Positions 37,977 through 46,110 of a stretch of DNA of 64,000 bases are shown one piece after another. The notes below the pieces were generated by a model. The model was not told where the DNA came from. It searched no databases and saw only the letters and a program-made list of their open reading frames with translations. The stretch spans positions 1,590 to 65,589 of the forward strand of contig JAZSHT010000104.1 of assembly GCA_045533435.1 (NCBI GenBank). The letters run 5' to 3'. Position numbers and translations under genes: made by a program. How positions within the stretch are numbered: the first letter of the stretch is position 1; each line of letters opens with the position of its first letter. Origin of the DNA: Eubacteriales bacterium. GTDB taxonomy: Bacteria > Bacillota > Clostridia > Oscillospirales > CAG-272.

Positions 37977-39623
37977 ATGAAAGAACAAACATCAACATTA
38001 TTATTAAAAATCCTATTTGCCGTGATTTTGGTGGCACTTGTAGGTTACGCTATATTCTATTTTGCATTACCTGCATTTAACTTCCGCTCCCCTGGATTTT
38101 ACATTTATATTTCAATTCTTGCTATTGTAGGTGCGTTACCGTTTACGGGATTTAGAATTAACCACCAACGAAACAAAGTTAAAAAAGGTAACAGAAATTA
38201 TTATCAATCATCATATCACGTTGACTTTAACAAGTGGACACTTTTTGCTTTAATTCCTCTTGCGGTTTTGATTTTAGGTCTTATCTTTTCATCCACATTC
38301 TTTAATGCAAGACGCTATGCAGATGTAATTGAGGTTAAGGAAGCAGATTTTGCTACCGATTTACCCGAAACCACGGAAATTACAAATATCGCACTTATGG
38401 ATACTGCATCTGCTAAAATCTTAGGCAACCGTACACTTGGCTCACTTTCCAATGTGGTATCTCAATACACCTTAAACGATTATTATACTCAAATAAACTA
38501 CAAGGGGTCCCCTAAAAAGGTTACAACCCTTGAATATGATGGATTTTTCAAATGGGCAATTAACAATCACGAGGGTATTCCCGGTATGGTTATGGTTGAC
38601 CCTGTAAAAAGTAGTGCAGAGTATGTGAAATTTGAAAATCCTATATTCTATACAGAAAGCGGATATTTCAAAGAAGACCTTCAGAGAAAATTAAGATTTG
38701 AATATCCAACAAAGATTTTTCAGTCCATCAGCTTTGAAATTGATGATAACGGTCAACCGTTCTATATAGTATCCTGTGCTAAACCAAAGGTATCACTTTT
38801 TGGTGCTATGGATATAAATGAAGTAATTATTTTTAACCCAACAAACGGCGAAAGCGAAATTTACTCTCTTGAAAATACACCCTCTTGGATTGACATTGTT
38901 TATACAGGCGATTTAGCATGTAAAAAATACGACTGGCACGGCGAGCTTTCCGGTGGCTTCTTTAATAGCATTATCGGTAATGTAGGCTGTAAGCATTCAA
39001 CTGATGACTTCGGTTATATTGTTATCGGCGATGATGTGTGGTATTTTACCGGTGTAACATCTGCCGTTTCAAACGATAAATCAAATATCGGTTTCTTACT
39101 CACAAATGCAAGAACAGGCGAATATAAATTTTATTCCGTAATTGGCGCAGAGGAGCATTCCGCAATGGATGCAGCAGAGGGCGAAGTACAAGAAAAGGGC
39201 TATGTAGCATCCTTCCCATCCCTTGTTAATATTTCAGGTCAAGCAACCTATATTATGGTATTAAAGGATGATGCAGGACTTGTTAAGCTATACGCGTTAG
39301 TTAATGTGGAAAATTACAGTATTGTAGCCACAGGCTCAACTCAAGCAGATGCAATGAGTGCATACAAAAAGCTCTTAAAGCAAAACAATATTGATATCGG
39401 TGCAGATACAAGCGTTGATATTACAGTAGAAAATGTTCGTATTGCATTAGTATCAGGAGTTTCAACAGTTTATATCACATCAACCGATGGCAAGGTATAT
39501 AAGGGCTATCTTGAAGCAGATGAATCACTTATTCTAGTCCGCCAAGGAGATAAATTAAATATTTCCTACACCGAAAGCGATAAGAAGGATATTTTCATAA
39601 TTTCTTCGTGGAGGTTTAATTAG
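37977..39623 (+). CDS. hypothetical membrane-anchored protein with a large extracytoplasmic domain
   Basis: The ATG at 37977 has RBS AAGGAG (MKEQTSTLLLKILF...); the track's TTG start at 37923 is unsupported. 3 TM segments then about 420 aa. The TAG stop abuts a conserved box and a heptamer array. Confidence 0.7.
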   Translation: MKEQTSTLLLKILFAVILVALVGYAIFYFALPAFNFRSPGFYIYISILAIVGALPFTGFRINHQRNKVKKGNRNYYQSSYHVDFNKWTLFALIPLAVLILGLIFSSTFFNARRYADVIEVKEADFATDLPETTEITNIALMDTASAKILGNRTLGSLSNVVSQYTLNDYYTQINYKGSPKKVTTLEYDGFFKWAINNHEGIPGMVMVDPVKSSAEYVKFENPIFYTESGYFKEDLQRKLRFEYPTKIFQSISFEIDDNGQPFYIVSCAKPKVSLFGAMDINEVIIFNPTNGESEIYSLENTPSWIDIVYTGDLACKKYDWHGELSGGFFNSIIGNVGCKHSTDDFGYIVIGDDVWYFTGVTSAVSNDKSNIGFLLTNARTGEYKFYSVIGAEEHSAMDAAEGEVQEKGYVASFPSLVNISGQATYIMVLKDDAGLVKLYALVNVENYSIVATGSTQADAMSAYKKLLKQNNIDIGADTSVDITVENVRIALVSGVSTVYITSTDGKVYKGYLEADESLILVRQGDKLNISYTESDKKDIFIISSWRFN

Positions 39624-39636
39624 TTCGCTTCGCTCA

Positions 39637-39671
39637 CAGCGGTCAGCCGTTAGCCGTTAGCGGTTAGCGAG
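39637..39671 (+). repeat. heptamer array, class TAGCCGT (CAGCGGT CAGCCGT TAGCCGT TAGCGGT TAGCGAG)
   Basis: Read directly. Preceded by the TAG stop (39621-39623) and the box TTCGCTTCGCTCACAG. Confidence 0.88.
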
Positions 39672-39795
39672 ATTTGTTTAGCGAATGTAGCTTCACTCTG
39701 ATTTAATACTAAATTTTTCTATGGCAGAGAAGGGGGAAAACCGCCACCTCCTGCGGTCCCCTCTCTCTGTCTTTTTGCAAAGAAAGGAGCGGATT

Positions 39796-40335
39796 ATGAA
39801 AAACAGAATTTATGCACCAAAGCAATCAAAGAGCATTTTTATAGTTGGAATCGCTTTTTTCATATTTTCTATGATTTTAAGCATATTTATAGTCGCTCTG
39901 ACATTTTCAAGTGAAGATATTGTTGCTTCCATTGTGTTGTCAATTATCATTTTTTCTTTTTCCATCTCTATGTTAATAAGCTGTTTATTTGTTATGAACA
40001 GAGAATGTGGCAAAATGTGGTATGATACGGAAAGCAAGGAAATATGCAGAGAAGGGTACATAAAATTCTTTAAGCATACGGTAAAATTAGAAAACATTAA
40101 AGACATTATAATAATACCAATATACAGAGCCGGTCTTTATTTTCAGCTTGTGGAAGAAGATAACGAAAATTGTAGCAAAGCATCAAAAAAGCATCCTATC
40201 CGCTTGCCATTAACCGATAAAAGCATTGAATTTATAAAAGTGTTTTGGGATAAGCCAATAACACATAAATTAGATTCCCACGGCAATGTATTAGATATTA
40301 CCGATTACGAAAGAAGACTTTACGGCTTGAAATAA
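39796..40335 (+). CDS. hypothetical membrane protein (TM hairpin plus small cytosolic domain)
   Basis: The ATG at 39796 has RBS AAAGGAG (MKNRIYAPKQ...). The track start at 39721 would read through a hairpin in the spacer. Confidence 0.6.
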   Translation: MKNRIYAPKQSKSIFIVGIAFFIFSMILSIFIVALTFSSEDIVASIVLSIIIFSFSISMLISCLFVMNRECGKMWYDTESKEICREGYIKFFKHTVKLENIKDIIIIPIYRAGLYFQLVEEDNENCSKASKKHPIRLPLTDKSIEFIKVFWDKPITHKLDSHGNVLDITDYERRLYGLK

Positions 40336-40353
40336 AATCATTTTACTAATTTG

Positions 40354-40388
40354 CTGACCACCGACCACTAAACACTGACCACTAAAAA
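40354..40388 (-). repeat. heptamer array, reverse orientation of class TGGTCAG (CTGACCA CCGACCA CTAAACA CTGACCA CTAAAAA)
   Basis: Read directly. Overlaps the start of a rho-independent terminator. Confidence 0.8.
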
Positions 40389-40419
40389 TACAGGATGTAA
40401 CCCACATCCTGTATTTTTT
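40386..40419 (+). terminator. rho-independent terminator
   Basis: AATACAGGATGT-AACCC-ACATCCTGTATT plus TTTT. Confidence 0.85.
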
Positions 40420-40501
40420 GTTAAAAAAGTCTTGCAATTTAATTACATTTATTTTATTATATATATAACTATAACTTTTTGAATTCTCGGGGAGAAATAT
40501 T

Positions 40502-41947
40502 ATGAAAATTGACGAAAGAAAATTAACCTTGCTTTGCGACTTTTACGAGCTTACTATGGCAAGAGGATATTTTCACTCTGAAATTAAGGACAAGATTGCA
40601 TACTTTGATGTGTTTTTTAGAAAAGTGCCAGACAATGGCGGTTATGCTATTTTCTGCGGTCTTGAACAAATTATTGAATATATTAAGTCTATCAAATTTG
40701 AGGATGATGATATTGAATATCTTCGTTCAAAGGGAATTTTTGACGAGGAATTTTTAGCTTACTTAAAGGACTTTAAGTTCAGAGGCGACATTTGGAGCGT
40801 TCCTTCAGGCACGGTAATTTTCCCAAATGAGCCTATTATGACTGTTCGCGGAACTGCTATGGAAGCACAATTTATTGAAACATTTATTCTTTTAGTTGTA
40901 AACCATCAAAGCTTAGTTGCAACTAAAGCATCAAGAATTGTAAGAGCCGCAAATGGCAGACCTGTATCCGAATTTGGAGCAAGACGCGCCCACGGTCCTG
41001 ATGCTGCAATTTATGGCTCACGAGCTGCATATATTGGCGGATGTGCATCTACATCATGCGCTATTTCCGATAAAATGTTTGGCGCAAAGGCAGGTGGCAC
41101 TATGGCGCACTCCTGGATTCAAATGTTTGACACAGAGTACGATGCTTTTAAAACCTACTGCACTCTCTATCCCGATAATCCAACGCTTTTAATTGATACC
41201 TACGATGTATTAAACAGCGGTCTTCCAAATGCTATTAAAGCATTCAAGGACTGTCTAAGTGAGGAGCAAAGAGAGCATTGCGCTATCCGCATTGATAGCG
41301 GCGATATTACCTATCTTACAAAAAAGATAAGAAAAATCCTTGATAATAGCGGACTTACAAAATGCAAGATTGTAGTTTCTAACTCCCTTGATGAATACAT
41401 TATAAGAGATATTCTTTTACAAGGCGCGCAGATTGATATGTTTGGCGTTGGCGAAAGACTTATTACTGCAAAGAGCGAGCCTGTTTTCGGTGGTGTATAT
41501 AAGCTATGCGCAGTTGAGGATGAAAGAGGAATTACACCAAAAATCAAAATAAGTGAAAATGCCGCAAAGATTACAAATCCCGACTTTAAAAAGGTATATC
41601 GCTTCTATTCAAAGGACACAGGCAAGGCAGAGGCAGACCTTCTTACAATTCATGATGAGGTTATTGATACATCAAAGCCTTATGAGCTTTTTGACCCAGA
41701 CCACACATGGAAGCGTAAGGTAATGGATAATTACACATTAAGAGAATTACTTGTTCCTGTATTTGTAAAAGGCGAATGTGTTTACGAAAATCCAACCATT
41801 GAAGAAATTCGCGCATACTGTCAAAGGGAGCTTGATTCCATGTGGGATGAGGTGCTTCGCTTTGAAAATCCACATAATTATTATGTTGACTTGTCTCAAA
41901 AATTGTTTGATGAGAAGCATAAATTACTTCGTCAAGGACGGAAGTAA
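40502..41947 (+). CDS. pncB: nicotinate phosphoribosyltransferase
   Basis: 481 aa with a typical NAPRTase N-terminus (LTLLCDFYELTMARGYF) and the HSWIQ motif. Confidence 0.93.
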   Translation: MKIDERKLTLLCDFYELTMARGYFHSEIKDKIAYFDVFFRKVPDNGGYAIFCGLEQIIEYIKSIKFEDDDIEYLRSKGIFDEEFLAYLKDFKFRGDIWSVPSGTVIFPNEPIMTVRGTAMEAQFIETFILLVVNHQSLVATKASRIVRAANGRPVSEFGARRAHGPDAAIYGSRAAYIGGCASTSCAISDKMFGAKAGGTMAHSWIQMFDTEYDAFKTYCTLYPDNPTLLIDTYDVLNSGLPNAIKAFKDCLSEEQREHCAIRIDSGDITYLTKKIRKILDNSGLTKCKIVVSNSLDEYIIRDILLQGAQIDMFGVGERLITAKSEPVFGGVYKLCAVEDERGITPKIKISENAAKITNPDFKKVYRFYSKDTGKAEADLLTIHDEVIDTSKPYELFDPDHTWKRKVMDNYTLRELLVPVFVKGECVYENPTIEEIRAYCQRELDSMWDEVLRFENPHNYYVDLSQKLFDEKHKLLRQGRK

Positions 41948-41949
41948 TT

Positions 41950-41983
41950 TAGTGGTCAGTGATCAGTGGTCAGTGATCAGTAG
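41950..41983 (+). repeat. heptamer array, left arm of an inverted pair (TAG TGGTCAG TGATCAG TGGTCAG TGATCAG TAG)
   Basis: Starts 2 nt after the pncB TAA. Complementary to 42073-42103. Confidence 0.92.
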
Positions 41984-42072
41984 ATTTCTTGACAATTGTA
42001 ACTAAAAAAGAATAGTAAGGATAAGCTTTTAAGCAGTACAGCTTTCGTTGTTTTTGGTCGTTTGCTAAACAT

Positions 42073-42103
42073 CTGACCACTGACCACTGACTACTGACCA
42101 CTG
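42073..42103 (-). repeat. heptamer array, right arm of an inverted pair (CTGACCA CTGACCA CTGACTA CTGACCA CTG)
   Basis: Ends 17 nt before the ymdB ATG. The reverse complement matches the left arm except at 2-3 positions. Confidence 0.92.
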
Positions 42104-42120
42104 CTTAAAGCGGATATATT

Positions 42121-42918
42121 ATGAACAACCTAAGACTTCTAGCAATCGGCGATATTGTAGGGCCGAGTGCGGTAGAATATATAAGAAAAAATTTATGGGC
42201 AATAAGAAAAAAGTACAAGATTGATGGTGTTATTGCCAACGGCGAAAATGCGTCTGAGCCAAACGGTATTGACAGGCAAACTGCCGAAACGCTTTTTGAA
42301 AGCGGTGTTGATGCAATCACAACAGGAAATCATGTATTTAGAAAAACTACGGTTTTTAAATATCTTGATGATGAGGATAGAATTTTACGCCCTCTCAATT
42401 TTGTTTCATCTTGTCCCGGACATGGAGATGCAATAATAAATATAAACGGCTATAAAATGCTACTTTTAAATGCTTTAGGTCAGGTTTATTCCGATAATCC
42501 ACCTAACTGCCCCTTTGAAGCCATAGAAAAAGCACTCAAAAGAAACGAGGGCGACTATGATTTTGCGGTTTTAGATTTTCATGCAGAGGCAACGGGAGAA
42601 AAGAAAGCAATCGCTTACAATTTTGCCGACAAAATAGGCGTAATATTCGGCACTCACACTCATATTCAAACTAATGACGCAAGAATACTTGAGGGTAAAT
42701 GCGCATATGTTACCGACATTGGTATGTGTGGCGCATATGATAGCATTTTAGGTGTTAAAAAGGAAGCTATTATATTTAAGTTAAAAAATAAAATGCTTTC
42801 AAAATTTGATTTTGCAGAAGGCGAGATTGAATTTAACGGAGCAATTTTTGAAATAGACACAGACACAGGAAAAGGCATTTCCTGTGAATTAGTAAACATT
42901 AAAGGAGATATAAAATGA
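42121..42918 (+). CDS. ymdB: YmdB-family metallophosphoesterase (2',3'-cyclic-nucleotide phosphodiesterase-like)
   Basis: 265 aa with motifs LAIGDIVG, ANGENA, TTGNH, GTHTHIQTND. Confidence 0.9.
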   Translation: MNNLRLLAIGDIVGPSAVEYIRKNLWAIRKKYKIDGVIANGENASEPNGIDRQTAETLFESGVDAITTGNHVFRKTTVFKYLDDEDRILRPLNFVSSCPGHGDAIININGYKMLLLNALGQVYSDNPPNCPFEAIEKALKRNEGDYDFAVLDFHAEATGEKKAIAYNFADKIGVIFGTHTHIQTNDARILEGKCAYVTDIGMCGAYDSILGVKKEAIIFKLKNKMLSKFDFAEGEIEFNGAIFEIDTDTGKGISCELVNIKGDIK

Positions 42919-44195
42919 AAACAACTGAGCTTTTAAATTATGTAAAAAACGGAGAATTAAACGCTAAGCTTAACGATATTTACGGCGAGGAAAATGTTGA
43001 AAGCCAAAAAGCAAGATACGAGGAAGCAATTAACGACTTTTTAAATATTTACGGAGATAGAGAGGTTTCAATTTTCTCAGTTCCAGGCAGAAGCGAAATT
43101 TCAGGTAACCATACCGACCATAACCACGGTAAGGTGCTTGCAGGCTCAATTAACCTTGATATTATTGCTATTGCATCAAAGACAGATGATGGTGTAATTA
43201 GAATTAAGTCAAAGGGTTTTGATGAGGATAAAATCGACACAAATACATATACAGAGCCAAATGAAAAGGACTTTTTCAAATCAGGCGCTTTAATTGCAGG
43301 TATGGCAAAAGCATTTACAAATGCAGGCTACAACAAGGGCGGTTATATCGCCTATACAACATCAAATGTATTTAAGGGCTCAGGACTTTCTTCCTCTGCG
43401 GCATTTGAGGTTATGGTTGGTAATATCCTTAACTATTTCTATAATGACGGCAAGGTTGACAATGTAGAAATTGCAAAAATGGCGCAATTTTCAGAGAATG
43501 TATTCTTTGGTAAGCCTTGCGGACTTATGGACCAAATGGCTTGCGCAGTTGGTGGCTTTGTTTATATTGACTTTGAGGACACAAAAAATCCTAAGATTGA
43601 AAAAATTGACTTTAACCTAAGTGGTGCAGGCTATGCGCTTTGTATTGTAAATACAGGTGGCAACCACGCAGACTTAAACGATGATTATGCTTCAGTTCCA
43701 AGTGAAATGAAAGCAGTTGCAAAGGAGCTTGGCTGCGAATATTTAAGACAAACCTGTCTTGGCGAGGTTATGGCAAATATAAAGGAGCTTCGCGAAAAGG
43801 TTGGCGACCGTGCAATTTTAAGAGCATATCACTTCTTTAACGAAAACGATAGAGTATCAGCCCAAGCAAGCTACTTAAAGGAAAATGATGTTGAAAGCTT
43901 CCTTGAATTTGTATTAAAGTCAGGAAATTCAAGCTTTAAATTCTTACAAAATGTATATACAACAAAGAATGTAAGTGAGCAGGGGCTTTCCCTTGCGCTT
44001 GCAATTACTGAAAATATCCTTTGTGATACAGGCGCAGCTTGGCGTGTTCACGGTGGTGGCTTTGCAGGTACAATTCAAGCATTCGTACCTTTTGCACAGG
44101 TTTCCGCTTATAAGGAAGAAATTGATGCAGCACTTGGCGAGGGCGCTTGTCATATTTTAAGAATCCGTCCTTACGGCGCAATTCAAGTAATGTAA
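42915..44195 (+). CDS. galactokinase-family GHMP kinase
   Basis: 426 aa with GRSEISGNHTDHNHG (galactokinase signature-like) and GHMP motif GSGLSSSAA. Overlaps the ymdB stop by 4 nt. Confidence 0.8.
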   Translation: MKTTELLNYVKNGELNAKLNDIYGEENVESQKARYEEAINDFLNIYGDREVSIFSVPGRSEISGNHTDHNHGKVLAGSINLDIIAIASKTDDGVIRIKSKGFDEDKIDTNTYTEPNEKDFFKSGALIAGMAKAFTNAGYNKGGYIAYTTSNVFKGSGLSSSAAFEVMVGNILNYFYNDGKVDNVEIAKMAQFSENVFFGKPCGLMDQMACAVGGFVYIDFEDTKNPKIEKIDFNLSGAGYALCIVNTGGNHADLNDDYASVPSEMKAVAKELGCEYLRQTCLGEVMANIKELREKVGDRAILRAYHFFNENDRVSAQASYLKENDVESFLEFVLKSGNSSFKFLQNVYTTKNVSEQGLSLALAITENILCDTGAAWRVHGGGFAGTIQAFVPFAQVSAYKEEIDAALGEGACHILRIRPYGAIQVM

Positions 44196-44203
44196 TATTA
44201 TTA

Positions 44204-44376
44204 GTTATGAATCCGCTATGCGAATGTTATGAACTTGCTACGCAAGCGTTATGAATTTTGCGAAACAAAATGTTATGATATGATTGCCAAACGCCGTCAG
44301 GCTCATAACACGCGTAGCGTTCATAACGACGAAGTCTCATAACTTGTCCTGAGGCTTCGCGGAAGGCAATCATAAC
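44204..44376. repeat. zipper element: 4 x GTTATGA then 4 x TCATAAC, each separated by 8-26 nt
   Basis: GTTATGA at 44204, 44226, 44248, 44272. TCATAAC at 44303, 44321, 44337, 44370. Spacers contain mini-hairpins (CTTGC-TAC-GCAAG). Confidence 0.85.
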
Positions 44377-44377
44377 T

Positions 44378-44410
44378 GTTCTCCTTTCGGAGAACGAAAG
44401 GAGAACTATG
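44378..44410 (+). promoter_or_regulatory. alternative hairpins involving the Shine-Dalgarno sequence of the MBL gene
   Basis: GTTCTCCTTTC (44378-44388) is exactly complementary to GAAAGGAGAAC (44396-44406, the RBS). Its first 7 nt also pair with GGAGAAC (44389-44395). Confidence 0.5.
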
Positions 44411-45181
44411 ATTACTGCATACACACTTTTCTCAGGCTCAGGTGGGAACTGTACATATGTAACAGATGGAAAAGCAAAAATACTTATTGATGCCGGAAAG
44501 AGCTGTCTTGCCATTGAAAAAGCTCTTAATGCTCTTGGCGCATCACTTTCAAGCATCAACGATATTTTTGTAACTCACGAGCATAGCGACCACACCGTAG
44601 GGCTTGAGGTAATTTCTAAAAAATATAATATTCCTGTGCATTTTGCTTACCCTTCATACGATAAGGCAATTCAAAACACCACATATTTAAAGCGTAGTGC
44701 TATTCGCCACGAGGTGCTTTTTGAGAAAAAGGTGGGGGATGTGTTAATAAAATCCTTTGAGGTGCCACACGATAGTATGCAAAATCTTGGCTACATAATA
44801 AGTGATGGCGAGGACACCTTCGGCACTGCTACCGATATGGGACATGTTACCGAAAGCCTTGCAAATGAGCTTATAAAATGTAGATGTGTTTTAATTGAAG
44901 CAAACCACGATAAAAAGATGCTTAAGGAAGGAAAGTATCCACAGTTTTTAAAGGATAGAATTTTGTCCCCACACGGACATTTATCAAATGAAAACTGCGC
45001 CCGCCTTGCTTGCTATCTTGCAGATAACGGAGTTAAATGCATCACTCTTGGGCATTTAAGCAAGGAAAATAATTTACCAAAAATTGCACTTGACACAGTA
45101 AATAACTTACTTGAAGCAAATAATTTATCCGTCGATTTATCTGTCGCTTCATCTGAAGAAGCGGTATTGCTTACAAGGTAA
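44408..45181 (+). CDS. MBL-fold metallo-hydrolase (YycJ/WalJ-like)
   Basis: 257 aa with HEHSDH motif. The RBS is embedded in alternative hairpins. Confidence 0.85.
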   Translation: MITAYTLFSGSGGNCTYVTDGKAKILIDAGKSCLAIEKALNALGASLSSINDIFVTHEHSDHTVGLEVISKKYNIPVHFAYPSYDKAIQNTTYLKRSAIRHEVLFEKKVGDVLIKSFEVPHDSMQNLGYIISDGEDTFGTATDMGHVTESLANELIKCRCVLIEANHDKKMLKEGKYPQFLKDRILSPHGHLSNENCARLACYLADNGVKCITLGHLSKENNLPKIALDTVNNLLEANNLSVDLSVASSEEAVLLTR

Positions 45182-45187
45182 GCAATA

Positions 45188-45218
45188 TAGTGGTCAGTGG
45201 CTAGTGGTCAGTGGTCAG
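45188..45218 (+). repeat. heptamer array, left arm (TAG TGGTCAG TGGCTAG TGGTCAG TGGTCAG)
   Basis: Starts 6 nt after the TAA of the MBL gene. Complementary to 45330-45356. Confidence 0.92.
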
Positions 45219-45329
45219 TAAGCTTGCTATACGACTTTTACAACTAACCGCTAATTATGTACCGCTTATTAAAATGACGTTTAACGCTTATCTTTGTTTT
45301 TGTTCGTGTTCTTTGGTCTATCCGCTTGT

Positions 45330-45356
45330 CACTGACCACTGACCACTGATCACTAC
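45330..45356 (-). repeat. heptamer array, right arm (CA CTGACCA CTGACCA CTGATCA CTAC)
   Basis: Followed by AAAA and then CGACTGAAAGGAG (45361-45373) and the rsmG ATG. Confidence 0.92.
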
Positions 45357-45378
45357 AAAACGACTGAAAGGAGTTTTT

Positions 45379-46098
45379 ATGTTCACAGAAAAACTAATAA
45401 GCGTAGCAAACAGAAACGATGCTACTAAAAACTTAATAAATGAGGAAAATGCACGCAGGCTTGAAGCATTATCAAGCCATATGCTTGAGGTAAATAAAAC
45501 ATTAAATCTTACCGCTATTAAGGATGAGGATGGTGTTATTTTAAAGCACTTAGTTGACTCATCTGCGGTTGTGAATTTCATTCCCGAAAACGCAAGTCTT
45601 TGCGATATTGGCTGTGGTGGTGGCTTTCCATCACTTGTAATTGCAATTTTACGCCCTGATGTGTCTGTATTTTCAGTTGATAGCGTATCAAAAAAGGTTG
45701 CTTATGTTGAAAGCGCTGCACAAAAATTCGGTCTTAAAAACGAAAAAACCTCAAACGAAAGAGCCGAGGCTTTAGGACAAGGCAATAAGCGCGAGAGCTT
45801 TGATGTTGTTACTGCAAGAGCCGTTGGCAGACTTAATCTTATAAGTGAGCTTTGTATTCCGCTAGTTTCGGTAGGTGGCGTATTCCTTGCAATGAAATCC
45901 CTCTCAACTGATGAGGAATTAGAGGAAGCACAAAAAGCCATAGCTTTACTGGGTGGTAAGGTGGAAAATGTGTTTACCTACACGCTTACCGATGACAACG
46001 AGGAAATTGAGCGCTCAATCGTAGTTATACGAAAAATAAAAAACACTCCGCCTAAGTATCCACGAAATAATTCGCAGATTGCAAAGAAGCCGCTTTGA
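45379..46098 (+). CDS. rsmG: 16S rRNA (guanine527-N7)-methyltransferase
   Basis: 239 aa with SAM motif DIGCGGGFPS, typical of RsmG/GidB. Confidence 0.93.
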   Translation: MFTEKLISVANRNDATKNLINEENARRLEALSSHMLEVNKTLNLTAIKDEDGVILKHLVDSSAVVNFIPENASLCDIGCGGGFPSLVIAILRPDVSVFSVDSVSKKVAYVESAAQKFGLKNEKTSNERAEALGQGNKRESFDVVTARAVGRLNLISELCIPLVSVGGVFLAMKSLSTDEELEEAQKAIALLGGKVENVFTYTLTDDNEEIERSIVVIRKIKNTPPKYPRNNSQIAKKPL

Positions 46099-46110
46099 AA
46101 AGGAGTATAT

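Noticed and set aside
39721-39795. The longer start of the 204-aa ORF.
   Set aside because: The extension overlaps a stem-loop (CAGAGAAGGGG...CCCCTCTCTCTG) and lacks an RBS. The ATG at 39796 follows AAAGGAG.
44204-44376. Possible CRISPR-like arrangement: a short repeat (GTTATGA) separated by spacers. The same question applies to the tandem heptamer arrays elsewhere.
   Set aside because: The repeats are only 7 nt, the spacers are 8-26 nt and irregular, the second half is the inverted complement, and no cas genes are present. The tandem arrays have no spacers at all.
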